Shown piece by piece: positions 61,299 to 64,000 of a DNA stretch of 64,000 bases; the stretch's first letter is position 1; every line of letters begins with the position of its first letter. Both the position numbers and the translations under genes were made by a program. The notes under the pieces were generated by a model, which did not search any database, was not told the origin of the DNA, and worked only from the letters and a program-made list of their open reading frames with translations. The DNA comes from Schizosaccharomyces osmophilus. Its lineage: Eukaryota. The DNA lies in assembly GCF_027921745.1 (NCBI RefSeq), contig NC_079240.1, positions 1,550,001 through 1,614,000 of the forward strand, in the 5' to 3' direction.

Positions 61299-64000
61299 CT
61301 AAGGAGAACGACCAACCACAGCGTACTTTGGATTTTTCACTGTCAAAATATTATCATCCTTTGAATGAACATGTATATCTGGTAGCAAAAGTCTTCCTGC
61401 TGTTAGGAATATAACTGTAAATGTTTCTCGTATTGTAGCTCCCATTCCTTTCAAACTTATTTTTTTCCGTATAGGACCAGCAAAAAGAATAGAATTTGTA
61501 AAAGTTGATACCTCGTACATCAGCTCAAACCTGTGCTTTTCACAATCGGCGTCAGTACTGCTTGGCACATGGGCAACCGTGAACTCAAGTTCTACCTTTG
61601 TGGGAATATTCAAGGATATGTTTGTTGGTAACTTCCAAACGCAATCAACCTGGACTATGTCTTTCTTATTTTGTATCGTGATAGGTCCCAACGTATGCAA
61701 ACAGTTCATCGGTGTTACGAAACATGCTGTTTCTTTCGTTCTGTGAGGCAATTGCAATGTCGATAAAACGTCCTTTACTGTCAATGGAGCTTTCAAACGC
61801 TTCAAAAGACAAGAGAACTCTTCCAAAAATATTTGGTTGCTTTTCAATAACAGCTTCGTTTGCTTAGTCTCAGGCATACTTATTAATTCAGGCAATGAAA
61901 TTTGGCCATTCGACCAAACTATGGTATCATTAGTTTTACGACAAATAGATTCAATCCAATTTGTTATAACGTTTATGTTCATTCGGCTTAGATATCGTTC
62001 ACACTCATTGTACAAATATTCGAAAAGAAGGTCAGTAATTCGCAAACAGTCCACAGTGACAATATGTTGTTTCCGTTTCCAGCCCTTCGAGGGGATCTTT
62101 TTGAAACAATCTATTATATCCAAAATTGTTAGTTTGTAAGGTATCGCGCAATCATCTGTTTCTTGACTATCCAGGTTCGTAGTTTTTATTCTCCAACCGA
62201 AAAATAAAATTGGTTCCTTGGGCTTTAGCCGAAGAAAAAAAGTTTGAAAATCTTGTTCATTCTCGTCAAGCTCACAGGAAACCTCTGCAAAATCTATTTT
62301 CTTTTTCAATACCGGCAGATAAAAATTAATAAGCTTTTCATCTTGAGTTTTGTAAGTTAATTTTATGTTCAACTGCAAGTTTAGGTTAGTAAAAGCAACC
62401 GATTGGTATGAACGTACATCATTATTTTCATCATCATCATTTCTTAAAGGAAAGTGCAAAACAACCTTTCCTAGTCGCTTAATATTTTCAAGATAAGCGA
62501 CCTCATTATGAATTGATAAAGTACAGTCAGAATATTCGTCAAGGAAGCATTGACTTGTTCTATTGTGCTCTTCTTTATTATTTGATTCAAAAGTTAAGCC
62601 CACTTTCTGATTTTCTTCAAATTGTTCTCCAAAGCATATCCGAAAAACAGATTGAAATCTATCATTCACATAACGTTGAGGTACAGATGCTTGAACTGTG
62701 GAAAGATGTCGTCCACTTAGGGAGGGTTGGAAAACTGATATTTCTTGTTGAGGATCAAATGTATCTTTCTTGAAGAGTACCGGCATCCCCTTTGGTTTTA
62801 TTATCATTTCACTTACGGAGTAACTCCCGGGAAGGATATCCTAAGTTGTTAGTATATGCATAAAAAGACTAAGATCGTACGTTACAGCTCAAAATAATCG
62901 TTGAATCTTTCTCAATGCTTTTTAAGCGGAATTTTAATTTGAACGGCCGGGAATTAGAAATCAAAGTACACATGACAGATTCCAGCATATCCAAACTAAA
63001 GATAGAAGAAGTGATTTTTACTTTAAGCTCTAGAGCCGTCTCCTCGGACACATTTGTTAAGTTCGATAAACTGACACAAAAGAAATCATCCAAAGTCAGA
63101 TCCGTGGTAGGAGGAATACGGTCAACTATTTCACCGGCTGCTTTAAAACAATCAGGATTTTTGTATTCTTTGAGCATGTTTACTAAGAATTCGATGGCCT
63201 CATGAGCTTTATCAACCTTCATTAGTATATCAATGTAAAATTGAATCCATTTCTCTTTGAAGGCATCGCTTTTCCAGAAAAGTGGTAGACTCGAGGTTTG
63301 TAGCATTTCGTAAGCCTTATCATAATTGCCAAGCATATAAAGTACTACAGCAGCTTCAGATGCGGTGTTGCTGAAGGACAAGCGATTTTTTCTCTGCCCA
63401 AAAATATGTAAGGCTTCTTCAGAAAGTTGCAAATATTTTTTTAAAAAAGATTCCAAACTGTCAATTTCTTCAATGCCTTGAAATTCTTTATGTATATCAT
63501 CATCGCGCTCTAACTTTGGTAGAGAACCTTCCTCATGCCAAAGTAGCAGCGTATTCTCGTGTAATAAGTTTTTCAAATAGGCCATTTTAAGAAGAATAGA
63601 ACGAGTAAATAGAGCTAATCTTGCATTAGAAGTAGGTACCTTGACGTCGTTATCCTTTGCATTTTGATTTATGAGACTCTTCAAATAATTGCAGGAGTCA
63701 TATTTAAAACGTAGAAAAAGTAGAGGGTTCTTATTCACAAACTGATCAAAAAAATGATAATTTAGGAATTGGAATGACTGTTGAAGTAGTGAATATGATC
63801 TGTCGTAATTTTTTATCTGCAAATTCAACTGAATCAGCTTTGAGAACAAGTAAAACCCAATGTGAAAAAAAGAGAACTTTTCAGAAGACAACAACTGCTG
63901 AAGATTTGCGGAAGTTGAATCAAAAAGCAAGGCCTTAGCATTCAATTCCAAAGGAGCCGGTACCACATCTGATCCTTCACCAAAGTATTTTACCATATCG
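61299..64000 (-). CDS. trs130: Probable TRAPP II subunit Trs130, 5'-truncated by the window edge; intron 62841-62880
   Basis: Two long ORFs joined in frame by a GTACGA...TACTAAC...TAG intron; C-terminal FLTAGRLLLPDI resembles TRAPPC10; identity rests mostly on recalled synteny with rps28/msh6. Confidence 0.7.

Noticed and set aside
1..64000. LTR retrotransposons, CRISPR arrays or prokaryotic systems
   Set aside because: Eukaryotic sequence; no gag/pol ORF, paired TG...CA LTRs or repeat-spacer arrays seen

Overview
Gene-dense euchromatic window from a fission yeast (Schizosaccharomyces). Proteins are clearly orthologous to, but diverged from, S. pombe, so it is probably an octosporus/cryophilus/osmophilus-clade species (inference). 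About 27 protein-coding genes are present, many spliced. From recalled S. pombe gene order there are three synteny blocks. (1) rho1-cdc22-hsp3105-fio1/fip1-dal2-racemase-Zn2Cys6 TF-yak3-rpl8-pcr1-aca1-cyp8-tif224-iba57-lcb2-smd2. (2) After a dimeric tRNA-Ser/tRNA-iMet gene: a 53-aa MLRQ/NDUFA4-like microprotein, an orphan gene, acs1, a nucleoside deoxyribosyltransferase, cyc1 and lto1. (3) hel2-spp27-msh6-rps28-trs130. Three genes are absent from the ORF track: smd2 (4 exons), rps28 and the 53-aa microprotein. The most unusual region is 13.1-15.8 kb. It holds a degenerate 5S rRNA copy next to a spliced, stop-interrupted multi-TM pseudogene, a possible divergent partner relic and Mei4/FLEX motifs, resembling a decayed 5S-wag-wtf meiotic-driver locus. 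Also notable are seven CCAAT boxes upstream of the microprotein, an apparently inverted fio1/fip1 cassette, a small purine-catabolism cluster and several candidate 5'-UTR introns. All orthology and synteny statements come from recall, not database searches.
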